Below are positions 9,440 through 17,571 of a stretch of DNA of 64,000 nt, in pieces. This stretch comes from an uncultured Thermoleophilia bacterium. Lineage in GTDB: Bacteria > Actinomycetota > Thermoleophilia > Gaiellales > Gaiellaceae. The notes under the pieces are model-generated. The model saw only the letters and a program-made list of their open reading frames with translations, had not been told where the DNA came from and searched no databases. The translations under genes and the position numbers were made by a program. Location: assembly GCA_963828655.1 (NCBI GenBank), contig CAWHFK010000007.1, forward strand, positions 3 through 64,002, in the 5' to 3' direction. How positions within the stretch are numbered: the first letter of the stretch is position 1; every line of letters starts with the position of its first letter.

Positions 9440-9823
9440 TTGTCCGCTGGTCATTGCCCCGCTAGCATCGCGGCGGTGTCGGTGACCGTTAGCGGGGAGG
9501 TTCCACGGCCACTGCTGCTGGGAGGTCGTCCAGTTGCGTGGATCTGCCGAGCCGCGATTTTGGTCGCGATCGGCGGCGTGTTCGGCACGTGGCGAAACGT
9601 CGGCGCGGTTTCGCTTGACGGGGTCCAGGGGCCGCACAACGGGTGGCTGGTGATCATTTTCGCGCTGATCGCACTCGCCGGCATCCGCCCGCTCTCCCGT
9701 GGTTCGTGGTTTGGCATCGTCACGGTGCTGGGGTCGGCAGCGGTGATGATCGTCACGGCCGTCCACGATCGAGCCGCGCGAAGCAGGCTTCGGAGTCGAT
9801 GCGGTCGTGGTGTGACCAGCTGA
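9440..9823 (+). pseudogene. Truncated small membrane-protein ORF that runs into the IS110 remnant
   Basis: Hydrophobic helices up to about 9762. After that the frame reads antisense transposase DNA. Confidence 0.3.
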
Positions 9824-10562
9824 CGATCAGTTGCGCGGCGACGATCGGGCCGACGCCAGGCTCATCGAGGAGTTGGGGTACGAGGGCGCGGATGTGCGTG
9901 AGGATTTCGCGCTCGAGCGTTTCAGCCTCCTCGGTCGCGGCCTGGATGCGGCGTGCGAGTGTGCGCAGGACGAGGATTGTGGCGAGCTCGTCGGGTGTGC
10001 GTGAGTTCGAGCGGCGGAAACTGCTGCAGCGCTTAAGCAGATCGCCGAGCGGCCGCCGCCGCAGCTGGTTGCGGAACTCGTCCGGTGCGGTGACGATGAC
10101 GCTGCGCAGCTGGACGAGAGCGACGCGTCGAGTGTCGACAGCGCTTCGTCGAGCGACCAACAGCAGCCGCAGCGCCTCTTGGTGCTGCCCGGCCCGCGGC
10201 GTTGCGCGTTGCTTGGTTGCGAGCGCGGAGCGGGCGGCGCGGACAGCGTCGAGCTGATCGTCCTTGCCGCGCAGCCGCCGTTCGGCGCGGCTGCTGCGCT
10301 CGACTTCGTGTACCTGCTCGCCGTTGCGCTGAAGCAAGCGCACGAGGCCGGCACCGTAGTGGCCGGCGCCCTCGACAGCCCCCACGCGTGCGCCTCGCGC
10401 GTGTCGATCCGCGAATCGCAGCGCCTCCGCGTAGCCACGCCCGCGGGCCGCCGTCGTCGCCTGCGCGATCAGCGCGCCAGTACGCGCGTCGACGATCGCA
10501 AGCGCGTGCTCGTCACGATGAGTATCGACCCCGACCACGTAGTCCAGTTCGTCTGCAAGCAT
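9753..10562 (-). mobile_element. IS110-family transposase remnant, 3-prime truncated
   Basis: YVVGVDTHRDEH (DEDD N-domain) and LLDEPGVGPIVAAQLIVSW (start of the C-domain). Homology stops at about 9770, before the usual AGVAPIPASSG... segment. Confidence 0.8.
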
Positions 10563-10733
10563 CCCAACCGATCCTCCGACTCGTAGGGTCCGGTACGCCG
10601 GTCTGGAGCAGGGGTGGTAGGCCATCGTTCACGTATCTCCGACGGTCGGGACGTGCAGGCGGGTGGGTCTCGCGGCCTAGACTCGCGCGCTTCACCTCGA
10701 CGACGATGGCCTCGATAGCGGAGACTTAGGCAC

Positions 10734-12065
10734 GTGGAGATGCCCGAGACGCGGTATGCCCGGAGCGGCGGGGTGAACATTGCCTACCAGGTCGCGGGCG
10801 AGGGGCGTGACCTGCTGTGGATCCCGGGATTCGCACAGCACATCGAGCTTTCGTGGGACGAGCCGTATCGCAGGCGCTGGCTCGAGGACCTGGCATCGAC
10901 GTTTCGCCTGATCGTGTTCGACAAGCGCGGGACGGGACTATCGGATCGCGTCGATGAGGCTTCGGCGCTCGACGTCCGGATGGACGATGTCCGCGCCGTC
11001 CTCGATGCGGCCGGCTCCCGCCGCGCGGCCATCCTCACCGCCGGCGACGGTTCCGACCTCGCCCTCGTCTTCGCTGCAACGTACCCCGAACGCGTTCTCG
11101 CGCTCGTGCTGTGGGACGGCAACTACCGCGGCTCGTGGGCGCCTGACTGGCCCTGGGCGCCTCCGCGCGAGGAGACGCTGAGGATGATCGAGGAGATGGA
11201 GCGAAACTGGCCGAACTCAGCAGCACAGGCCGTGCGGCGCGGCGCGCCGAGCCTGAGCGACGACGAGCTCGCTGCGTTCACGCGACCGATCCGGCTCAGC
11301 GTCAGCCCCGGCGCCGCCGCTTCCTTCGCGCGGATGACCCTCGAATCTGATGTGCGCGCGATCCTCCCGACAGTCCGCGCCCCTACGCTCATCCTCCACA
11401 GCGCCGGGCAGCCCGACACCGAAGCGGCGCGGCACGTCGCGTCGAAGCTCCCCAACGCCGAATTCGTCACGCTCGACCGCGCCGATCGGATCCCGGTCGT
11501 CGGTGACACAGCGTCCCTCCTCAAACATGTTCGCCGGTTCGTACGTGAGGCCGAGACACGGCCGGCGGCCGACCGCGACCGCGTCCTCGCGACAGTTCTT
11601 TTCACGGATCTAGTAGGGTCGACGGCGCGTGCAGCCGAGCTCGGCGACCGCGCCTGGCGCGACCTGCTCGAGCGCCACCATGCGGCGATCCGGGCAGAGC
11701 TCGCGCGTTTCAGCGGCGTCGAACACGATACCGCTGGCGACGGATTCTTCGCCTCGTTCGATGGACCGGCGCGCGCGATCCGCTGCGCGCAGGCGATTCA
11801 CCGCGCCGTCGAGCCCCTCGACCTCGAGCTGCGCGCCGGCCTTCACACGGGCGAGTGCGAGCTGCTCGACGACAAGGTCTCCGGCATCGCCGTCGCGATC
11901 GGCGCCCGCGTCGCCTCTCGCGCGGCACCGGGAGAGGTGCTCGTCTCGCAGACGGTCAAGGACCTCGTCGCCGGATCCGGAATCGCATTCGACGACCGCG
12001 GCGTGGCCGAGCTGAAGGGCGTGCCAGGCGACTGGCGTCTCTACGCCGTCTCTCCACCCACCTAG
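10734..12065 (+). CDS. Alpha/beta hydrolase - class III cyclase-homology fusion protein
   Basis: N-terminal half has LIVFDKRGTGLSD (hydrolase fold). C-terminal half has LFTDLVGST, DTAGDGFFASF, LHTGECE and GIAVAIGARV. Confidence 0.85.
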   Translation: MEMPETRYARSGGVNIAYQVAGEGRDLLWIPGFAQHIELSWDEPYRRRWLEDLASTFRLIVFDKRGTGLSDRVDEASALDVRMDDVRAVLDAAGSRRAAILTAGDGSDLALVFAATYPERVLALVLWDGNYRGSWAPDWPWAPPREETLRMIEEMERNWPNSAAQAVRRGAPSLSDDELAAFTRPIRLSVSPGAAASFARMTLESDVRAILPTVRAPTLILHSAGQPDTEAARHVASKLPNAEFVTLDRADRIPVVGDTASLLKHVRRFVREAETRPAADRDRVLATVLFTDLVGSTARAAELGDRAWRDLLERHHAAIRAELARFSGVEHDTAGDGFFASFDGPARAIRCAQAIHRAVEPLDLELRAGLHTGECELLDDKVSGIAVAIGARVASRAAPGEVLVSQTVKDLVAGSGIAFDDRGVAELKGVPGDWRLYAVSPPT

Positions 12066-12150
12066 GCCGTACTCTCGGCGCCGATGCAACGCGCGGCAAC
12101 CACGGCCTCGGACAGCGCGCAAGCGGCCCGTTCATCAAGACGCCGGCCGG

Positions 12151-12172
12151 CCTCCTTGGGGATTGACAGAAA
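12151..12172 (+). repeat. Single degenerate unit of the GGCCTCC...TTGAC family
   Basis: GGCCTCCTTGGGGATTGACAGA, same orientation, 50 nt upstream of the antitoxin start. Confidence 0.6.
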
Positions 12173-12222
12173 CCGCGGGCCGGGCCGATCTCACGAAGGC
12201 ACGACTGTGCTACCGTGCACCT

Positions 12223-12456
12223 GTGCAGAGGACGCGCGCGACCTACAGCCTCGACAACTCAGTCCTCCGGGCGACCCGGATCGCCGCCGCCCGCCAGGGC
12301 AAGCGCGAGTCCGAGATCGTCGAAGACGCGCTGCGTCGCTACCTGGGCCTCGGCGTGCTCGAGGAGATCTGGGCGCAAGGCCCCGACGACCTCGACGCCG
12401 ACGAAGCACTCGCGCTGGCAGTGAACGAGCAACACGCCGCGCGCGCCGGCGAGTGA
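12223..12456 (+). CDS. Ribbon-helix-helix (CopG-like) antitoxin
   Basis: 77 aa from GTG: RTRATYSLDNSVLRATRIAAARQGKRESEIVEDALRRYL. Its stop overlaps the PIN start (GTGA). Confidence 0.65.
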   Translation: MQRTRATYSLDNSVLRATRIAAARQGKRESEIVEDALRRYLGLGVLEEIWAQGPDDLDADEALALAVNEQHAARAGE

Positions 12457-12869
12457 CCCGTGCGGTCCTCGACCCGAATGTCCTGATCGCCGCCGCACTC
12501 GCACCGAACGGCCCACCCGCCGACTGCCTGCGCGCCCACGCCGACGGTCGCTTCGAACTGATCGTCAGCGAAACACTGCTCGCCGAGCTCACAGCTGCCC
12601 TCGCGCGGGAAAAGTTCCGCCGCTACCTCTCCCCCGCGCAGGCCGAAAGGTTAGTAGCGGCACTTCGTCGTGACGCGATCCTCTGCGCCGAGCCGAGTGA
12701 GGAACCCCCGATCCGGTCGCCGGACCCCAAGGACGACTACCTGCTCTCACTCGCGCACACCGAACACGCGCAGGTGCTCGTGACGGGGGATGCCCATCTC
12801 CTCGGCCTGCGATCGCCGCCGCTTCGCATCGTCACGCCGCGCGACTTCCTGGCACTACTTCCCACCTGA
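12453..12869 (+). CDS. PIN-domain toxin
   Basis: AVLDPNVLIAA...DPKDDYLLSLA...VLVTGDAHLL carries the acidic PIN residues. Coupled to the upstream RHH gene. Confidence 0.8.
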   Translation: MTRAVLDPNVLIAAALAPNGPPADCLRAHADGRFELIVSETLLAELTAALAREKFRRYLSPAQAERLVAALRRDAILCAEPSEEPPIRSPDPKDDYLLSLAHTEHAQVLVTGDAHLLGLRSPPLRIVTPRDFLALLPT

Positions 12870-12904
12870 CGCGTCGAAGAAGCGACCTCCCGGTCGATGA
12901 ACCC

Positions 12905-13205
12905 GTGCCCCGCATCAGCGCCTTCTACGGGATCGTGATCACGATGTATTACCGCGACCACGAGCCACCGCACTTCCACGCCGTACGGCGAGCATCAGGC
13001 GCAGATCGTGATCGCAACGCTCGAAACCTCCGAGATCTCGAGCGACATCTTCGACAGCACGGTGCGCGCAAGGTTGCCGAGGGCGCCAAACACACGAAGT
13101 CGATCCGCCGACGGGTCGCGAGCGACCACGGTTCCACGGCACAACGAGATCGGGCCGGCACTCGTGCGCGCGATCTGCGGTCAGCTGGACATCACGGCGC
13201 CTTGA
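12905..13205 (+). pseudogene. DUF4160-like gene with frameshift near 12983; 3-prime part is HicA-like
   Basis: MPRISAFYGIVITMYYRDHEPPHFHA continues as YGEHQAQIVIATLE only in the +1 frame. That frame ends TTVPRHNEIGPALVRAICGQLDI, which resembles a HicA C-terminus. Confidence 0.5.
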
Positions 13206-13256
13206 AACTGCGTGGACGCCCCTGGCAAGTGTTCAAGTGTCGTTAGGTTAGGCCAT

Positions 13257-13363
13257 GGTCGTAGGCGTAGCGGACGGCGTGTGCGCGGGCGCCAGTCTTT
13301 GCGTGACGGGCTTCATGGGCGCGGCGCCGCTATAGCCTCCCTACGGTCCGCCGCCTCAGTCGC
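13257..13363 (+). repeat. Copy A of a ~110-nt direct repeat (partner at 16435-16545)
   Basis: Shares the identical 36-nt core TGACGGGCTTCATGGGCGCGGCGCCGCTATAGCCTC. About 85-90% identity overall by eye. Confidence 0.85.
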
Positions 13364-13611
13364 ACACCCGACCAGTACGACCAGATGCGCGAGACTCTCG
13401 GTATCGGCGACACCCCACCGGCGGGGCGTGTTTCACGCGGCCGCGGTCGGCGAAGACGGAAAGAATCGAGTCTTTGAGGTCGCTCGCGCCGAGCCTTCGC
13501 CTGGAGCAGCGTCCCGTTTCTGAACGACCGTCGTCGAGAGGAGCAACGCGCCGACGGAGGCCGGTCGCCACCTCCTTGCTGGCTGTTCGCGGCCCCGTCG
13601 GTGCGCGGCCG

Positions 13612-16074
13612 TCAACTCGCGGGAAGCGAGCCGTCAATCGCCTCGGCGAGCGAGAGGCGACGACCCGCCGACATCAACGCGTCGAGCTGCCCCGGCTCGA
13701 GGGCGCTCCTCAGGCGATGGAGCACATCGTCGTCCAGAACCTGTTCGGAAGGCTCCAGGCTCAGATCGATCTCCTCGCGCAGGCACGCGACGGCGCCAAG
13801 GAGCCGTGCGCCCCGTTCCGCATCGCCGCGGCGCACGGCGATCGCCGCAAAGACACGGAGGAGGCACGAGAGCTCGACGAGCTCGTTCCCGGCGCGCGCC
13901 GGTGCGACCCCTGCCAGGGCGGCTTCCTCCGCGTCGTCCAGACGGCCGAGTTGGACGTAGGCCGTCGCGAGATTCACGGTTGCGGTCAGCAACGTCCCCT
14001 CGTCGAATCGTCGTCCCAGGTCGACGGCCTCGAGCAGCAGCGTGACCGCACGGTCGTAGTTGCCGGCCGAGAGTGCCAGGTCACCGAGATTGACGAGGCT
14101 GATCGCGATCCCACGGTCGTTCTCCGTTACGCGGTGGGCCCTCGCGACCTCCTCGAAGAGGCGCTGAGCCTCGTCGAGGTCACCCTCCGCCTGGGCTACG
14201 TTCGCGAGGTAGCCGAGCGCCGCTGTGATCGTTCGCGGGTCAGCAGCCTCGTTCGCGAGGGCGAGGGCGTGCTCCGCAGCCGCACGAGACGCCGGGAGAT
14301 CTCCCTGGCGATAGCAGGCGAATGAGCGAAGCGCCTCTGCCCGAGCATGCAGCGCAGCGTCGTCGACGCCGCCTGCCAGCGCCCCCTCGAGCTGCTCGCG
14401 AAACTCCCGCTGCGAGCCGCGGAGGAAGACCTCGCTTGCGCCGGTCATGATCCTGAGTTGCAGCGCAGCGTTCCCCGTCTCCCGGGCCGAGGCTACGGCG
14501 GACTGCAGGTTCGCCTGGTCGCGATCCACTGCCGCCATGGCGCCGCGCAGGCTGCTCGGCTTGAGTTCCGCCAGGTAGATCGCGTCGGCCAACGCTGCGT
14601 ACCAATCCGCGTGTCGTTCCGCAATCAGGTCGCGTTCGGACGACTGACCGAGACACTCGCTCGCGTACTCCCTGACCGTCTCGAGCATCCAGAAGCGGTT
14701 GTCGTCGCGAACACGCACCAGGCTCTTGTCGACGAGCAATTGAAGCGTGTCGACGTCGGCGTCGCAGATCTCCTCCGCCGCCTCCAGCGTGCAGCCGCCG
14801 GCGAACACCGCCAGCCTTGCGAAGAGTCGTTGCTCGTCGGCGCTCAAGAGGTCGTAGGACCACTCGATCGTCGCCCGCAGCGTCTGCTGCCGCGGGTCGA
14901 CCCCTCGCCCTGCCTTGAGCACGTCGAGGCGCTTGGAAAGACGCTCGAGGAGCCGCTCGGGTGAGAGGACGTTGACGCGCGCCGCCGCGAGCTCGAGTGC
15001 AAGCGGCAGCTGCTCGAGTCGCGTGCACAACTCTCCCACCTTCTCGTCGGCGACGAAGCTCGGCAGGATCGCCCTCGCCCGAGCGAGGAAGAGCGCGGCT
15101 CCGTCGTCTGGCTCGAGCGGAGGCACCGGATACGCCTGTTCGCCGGGGGCCCGGAGCACCTCGCGGCTAGTCACGAGGAGTTGGAGGTTCGGGCACGCCG
15201 CGAGCAATTCGGAGAGCTCGCCTGCAGCGTCGACGACCTGCTCGAAGTTGTCGAAGAGCACGAGCACCGATCTGTCCCCGACGTGCTCGGCGAGATCGTT
15301 CTTCGCGCCGAGCGCTCGCGCTGCCGTCTCCAGGACGAGCCGTGGCTCCCGCAACGACGCGAGGGGAACCCAGAACACCCCGCCCGGGTGCCGCTCGGCA
15401 GCCTCAGCCGCTGCTTGCAGACCGAGCCGAGTCTTGCCCGTTCCACCCGGCCCCGTGAGCGTGAGCAACCGCACGTCAGCGCGGGCGAGCAGCCCGAGCA
15501 CGTCCGCCAGCTCCTGTGTGCGGCCGAGGAACGGGGTCGCCGGAACGGGCAGGTTTGTGCGGTAGAGGCTCCTGAGCGGCGGGAACTCCTCCGGCCCCAG
15601 CTGAAAGATCCGCTCGGGCGCCGAGAGGTCCTTCAGCCGGTGCTCGCCGAGGTCGCGGAGCGCGGCAGCGTCCACGAGCGCAGCGGTCGGCGCCGAGATC
15701 AGCACCTGTCCGCCGTGGCCACAGGCCGCGATGCGGGCCGCTCGGTGCACGTCGATCCCCACGTATCCCTCTTCGCCGAGATGCGGGGTGCCGGTGTGGA
15801 TGCCCATGCGCACCCGAACCGGTCCCGCGGCCAATGCCGCGACGGCCTCGGCGGCTGCGCGCAACGCACCCGGGGCCGTGGGGAACGCAACGAAAAGGGC
15901 GTCGCCCTGCGTATCGACCTCGACACCGCCCTCGGCACCGAATGCGCTGCGCAGGACGCGGCGGTGCGCTGCGAGCGCTTCTGCGTATCGAGCCTCACCC
16001 AGCTCGTGCAAGAGCCTGGTTGACCCCTCGATGTCCGTGAACAGGAAGGTGACGGTGCCGGCCGGGAGAGCCAC
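13612..16074 (-). CDS. Cyclase-homology domain + NB-ARC (STAND) NTPase + TPR protein
   Basis: FLFTDIEGST, VDTQGDALFVAF, GIDVHRAARI. Walker A is GPGGTGKT and Walker B is LVLFDNFE. Also LLVTSRE, a QLPLALELAA (GxPLA-like) motif, and a long TPR-like tail. Confidence 0.9.
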   Translation of the reverse strand: MALPAGTVTFLFTDIEGSTRLLHELGEARYAEALAAHRRVLRSAFGAEGGVEVDTQGDALFVAFPTAPGALRAAAEAVAALAAGPVRVRMGIHTGTPHLGEEGYVGIDVHRAARIAACGHGGQVLISAPTAALVDAAALRDLGEHRLKDLSAPERIFQLGPEEFPPLRSLYRTNLPVPATPFLGRTQELADVLGLLARADVRLLTLTGPGGTGKTRLGLQAAAEAAERHPGGVFWVPLASLREPRLVLETAARALGAKNDLAEHVGDRSVLVLFDNFEQVVDAAGELSELLAACPNLQLLVTSREVLRAPGEQAYPVPPLEPDDGAALFLARARAILPSFVADEKVGELCTRLEQLPLALELAAARVNVLSPERLLERLSKRLDVLKAGRGVDPRQQTLRATIEWSYDLLSADEQRLFARLAVFAGGCTLEAAEEICDADVDTLQLLVDKSLVRVRDDNRFWMLETVREYASECLGQSSERDLIAERHADWYAALADAIYLAELKPSSLRGAMAAVDRDQANLQSAVASARETGNAALQLRIMTGASEVFLRGSQREFREQLEGALAGGVDDAALHARAEALRSFACYRQGDLPASRAAAEHALALANEAADPRTITAALGYLANVAQAEGDLDEAQRLFEEVARAHRVTENDRGIAISLVNLGDLALSAGNYDRAVTLLLEAVDLGRRFDEGTLLTATVNLATAYVQLGRLDDAEEAALAGVAPARAGNELVELSCLLRVFAAIAVRRGDAERGARLLGAVACLREEIDLSLEPSEQVLDDDVLHRLRSALEPGQLDALMSAGRRLSLAEAIDGSLPAS

Positions 16075-16192
16075 CGGCAGATGCTCTCACGGTTCCGCGC
16101 CGGCTTGGCGACATCGGCGACTGCCGCAGGTTTGCGGAAGTGGGCGTGTGCTCCGACGCTCGGTTGATGACTGACGTTTCATTTTTCGGCCG

Positions 16193-16262
16193 GGCCTCCT
16201 GGCCGGTTTGACAGAAAAGGGCCTCCAGGCCCGTTGACGGATGCGGCCTCCTGGTCGGAGGC
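16193..16262 (+). repeat. Three units of the GGCCTCCTGGCC...TTGAC family
   Basis: Unit starts at 16193, 16220 and 16245, period 25-27 nt, in the divergent intergenic region. Confidence 0.8.
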
Positions 16263-16434
16263 CAGATTCGCCGTGACCACGAATCGGGCGGTGTCGGATC
16301 CCCGTCTGGAGGGCTTACTCACTCGAGGAGGCGATCGTGGGGAGATCGTTCGTTTGCCTGGGCGAAGCACCGCCGGATGGGCCAACGTTCCGGTAAACCC
16401 CGCCTGAAGATTCTGTGTCGTGAGGTTGAGCAAC

Positions 16435-16545
16435 GGTCGTATGCGTAGGGACGGCTTGTGCGCGGCCGGGGGCGCCGGCCTTGCATGACGGGCTTCATGG
16501 GCGCGGCGCCGCTATAGCCTCTCTACGGCCCGCCGCCTCAGTCGC
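16435..16545 (+). repeat. Copy B of the ~110-nt direct repeat
   Basis: Aligns with 13257-13363 in the same orientation. Ends 15 nt before the TTG start at 16560. Confidence 0.85.
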
Positions 16546-16559
16546 CCAGGGGGCAACCG

Positions 16560-17084
16560 TTGTCGCTTTTTCACACCGTGCCCAACAGAATGGTCGGCAC
16601 CGTTCTCTATCCGCTGCATGAGCTCGAGGACATCGATCCGGAGACGTGGCGGCAAGAACGCGAGAAGTACGCGGGTCGCGAGCAGGTGCTCGAGAAGCGC
16701 GTCCCTCCTCTGAACTGCCTCTGGAACGACGTACTCCACCTCAGCGCTGTCCACCCAGCGGACATCATCGCCGCTCTAGCCGACGTTGGCCTTGAGCCAC
16801 TACGACGGCGATTCTTCGAGATCGATCCGTTCGATCTCGACTCAACCCGCACCGTCGTCTTCATCAACCATCGCGCAAGCGCCGCGAACGCCCCGGACGA
16901 GTCGCAGTGGGTGCCGTTCCAGCCCGACGCGCTAACCGAGCTCTCCACCCTCAACGAGGCGAGCCGGCGCTACTACCGTGAATGCGCTCAGGCAGGTAGG
17001 AGGCCCTTACTGTGGGGGTACCTTCCGCACGTGCTCTATCGCGGCCCGCTCGACACTCGGGCGTTGCGGATCATCGAAGTCTGA
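16560..17084 (+). CDS. Conserved hypothetical protein
   Basis: 174 aa, TTG start preceded by AGGGGG, coding-like composition, no family name recognised. Confidence 0.6.
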   Translation: MSLFHTVPNRMVGTVLYPLHELEDIDPETWRQEREKYAGREQVLEKRVPPLNCLWNDVLHLSAVHPADIIAALADVGLEPLRRRFFEIDPFDLDSTRTVVFINHRASAANAPDESQWVPFQPDALTELSTLNEASRRYYRECAQAGRRPLLWGYLPHVLYRGPLDTRALRIIEV

Positions 17085-17116
17085 AGAATCTCCAGCTCCA
17101 CTCAGGCGGCGGCGAT

Positions 17117-17270
17117 CTCGCCTGCCCGAGTGATCCGGAGTGACCGTCGAACAGCGACCGATCAGATTCGCTCTCTGAATCTGATTCGCAAGTTTCTCGG
17201 AAGGCAGCCGGCAACTCGAAACTCGTGAATCTGGTTCGGCTGCGCCGAATCAGATTCGGTGGCCTGGGCC
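17117..17270 (+). repeat. Copy 1 of a ~155-nt three-hairpin element (MITE-like or structured RNA)
   Basis: Near-identical to 35706-35861 (a few substitutions and a 2-nt indel). Contains the GAATCTGATTCG motif four times as two inverted pairs. Confidence 0.85.
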
Positions 17271-17571
17271 CCAAGCGACGACTGCCTCACATGGGCCGGT
17301 GTTGCTCCTATGTCAATAGCGGCTCGTTTTTGAGGGTGGTGAAGACGGTTCGTGCGAGTTGTCGTTTCACGTCGATCAGATCGTCCCGCGATTGAAGACG
17401 TTGCGCGTGAACCAATCTGGCTTCCGGTAGTGCGGCCGGGTGCCCATCCAGCGCACCGTACCGCCCGTGATGCGGGCGCCGACTGATGCATAACCCGGCT
17501 CCGAGCCAGCGCGGCACGCCCTGGCCGGAGGTGCGCCGCCGCACGCGGGAGGCGCGGGCCAAGACGCGCGC

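Noticed and set aside
13212-13523. 103-aa ORF downstream of the HicA-like frame, considered as a possible HicB antitoxin.
   Set aside because: The sequence is Arg/Gly/Ala-rich, has no HicB-like motifs, and is largely made of the 110-nt repeat.
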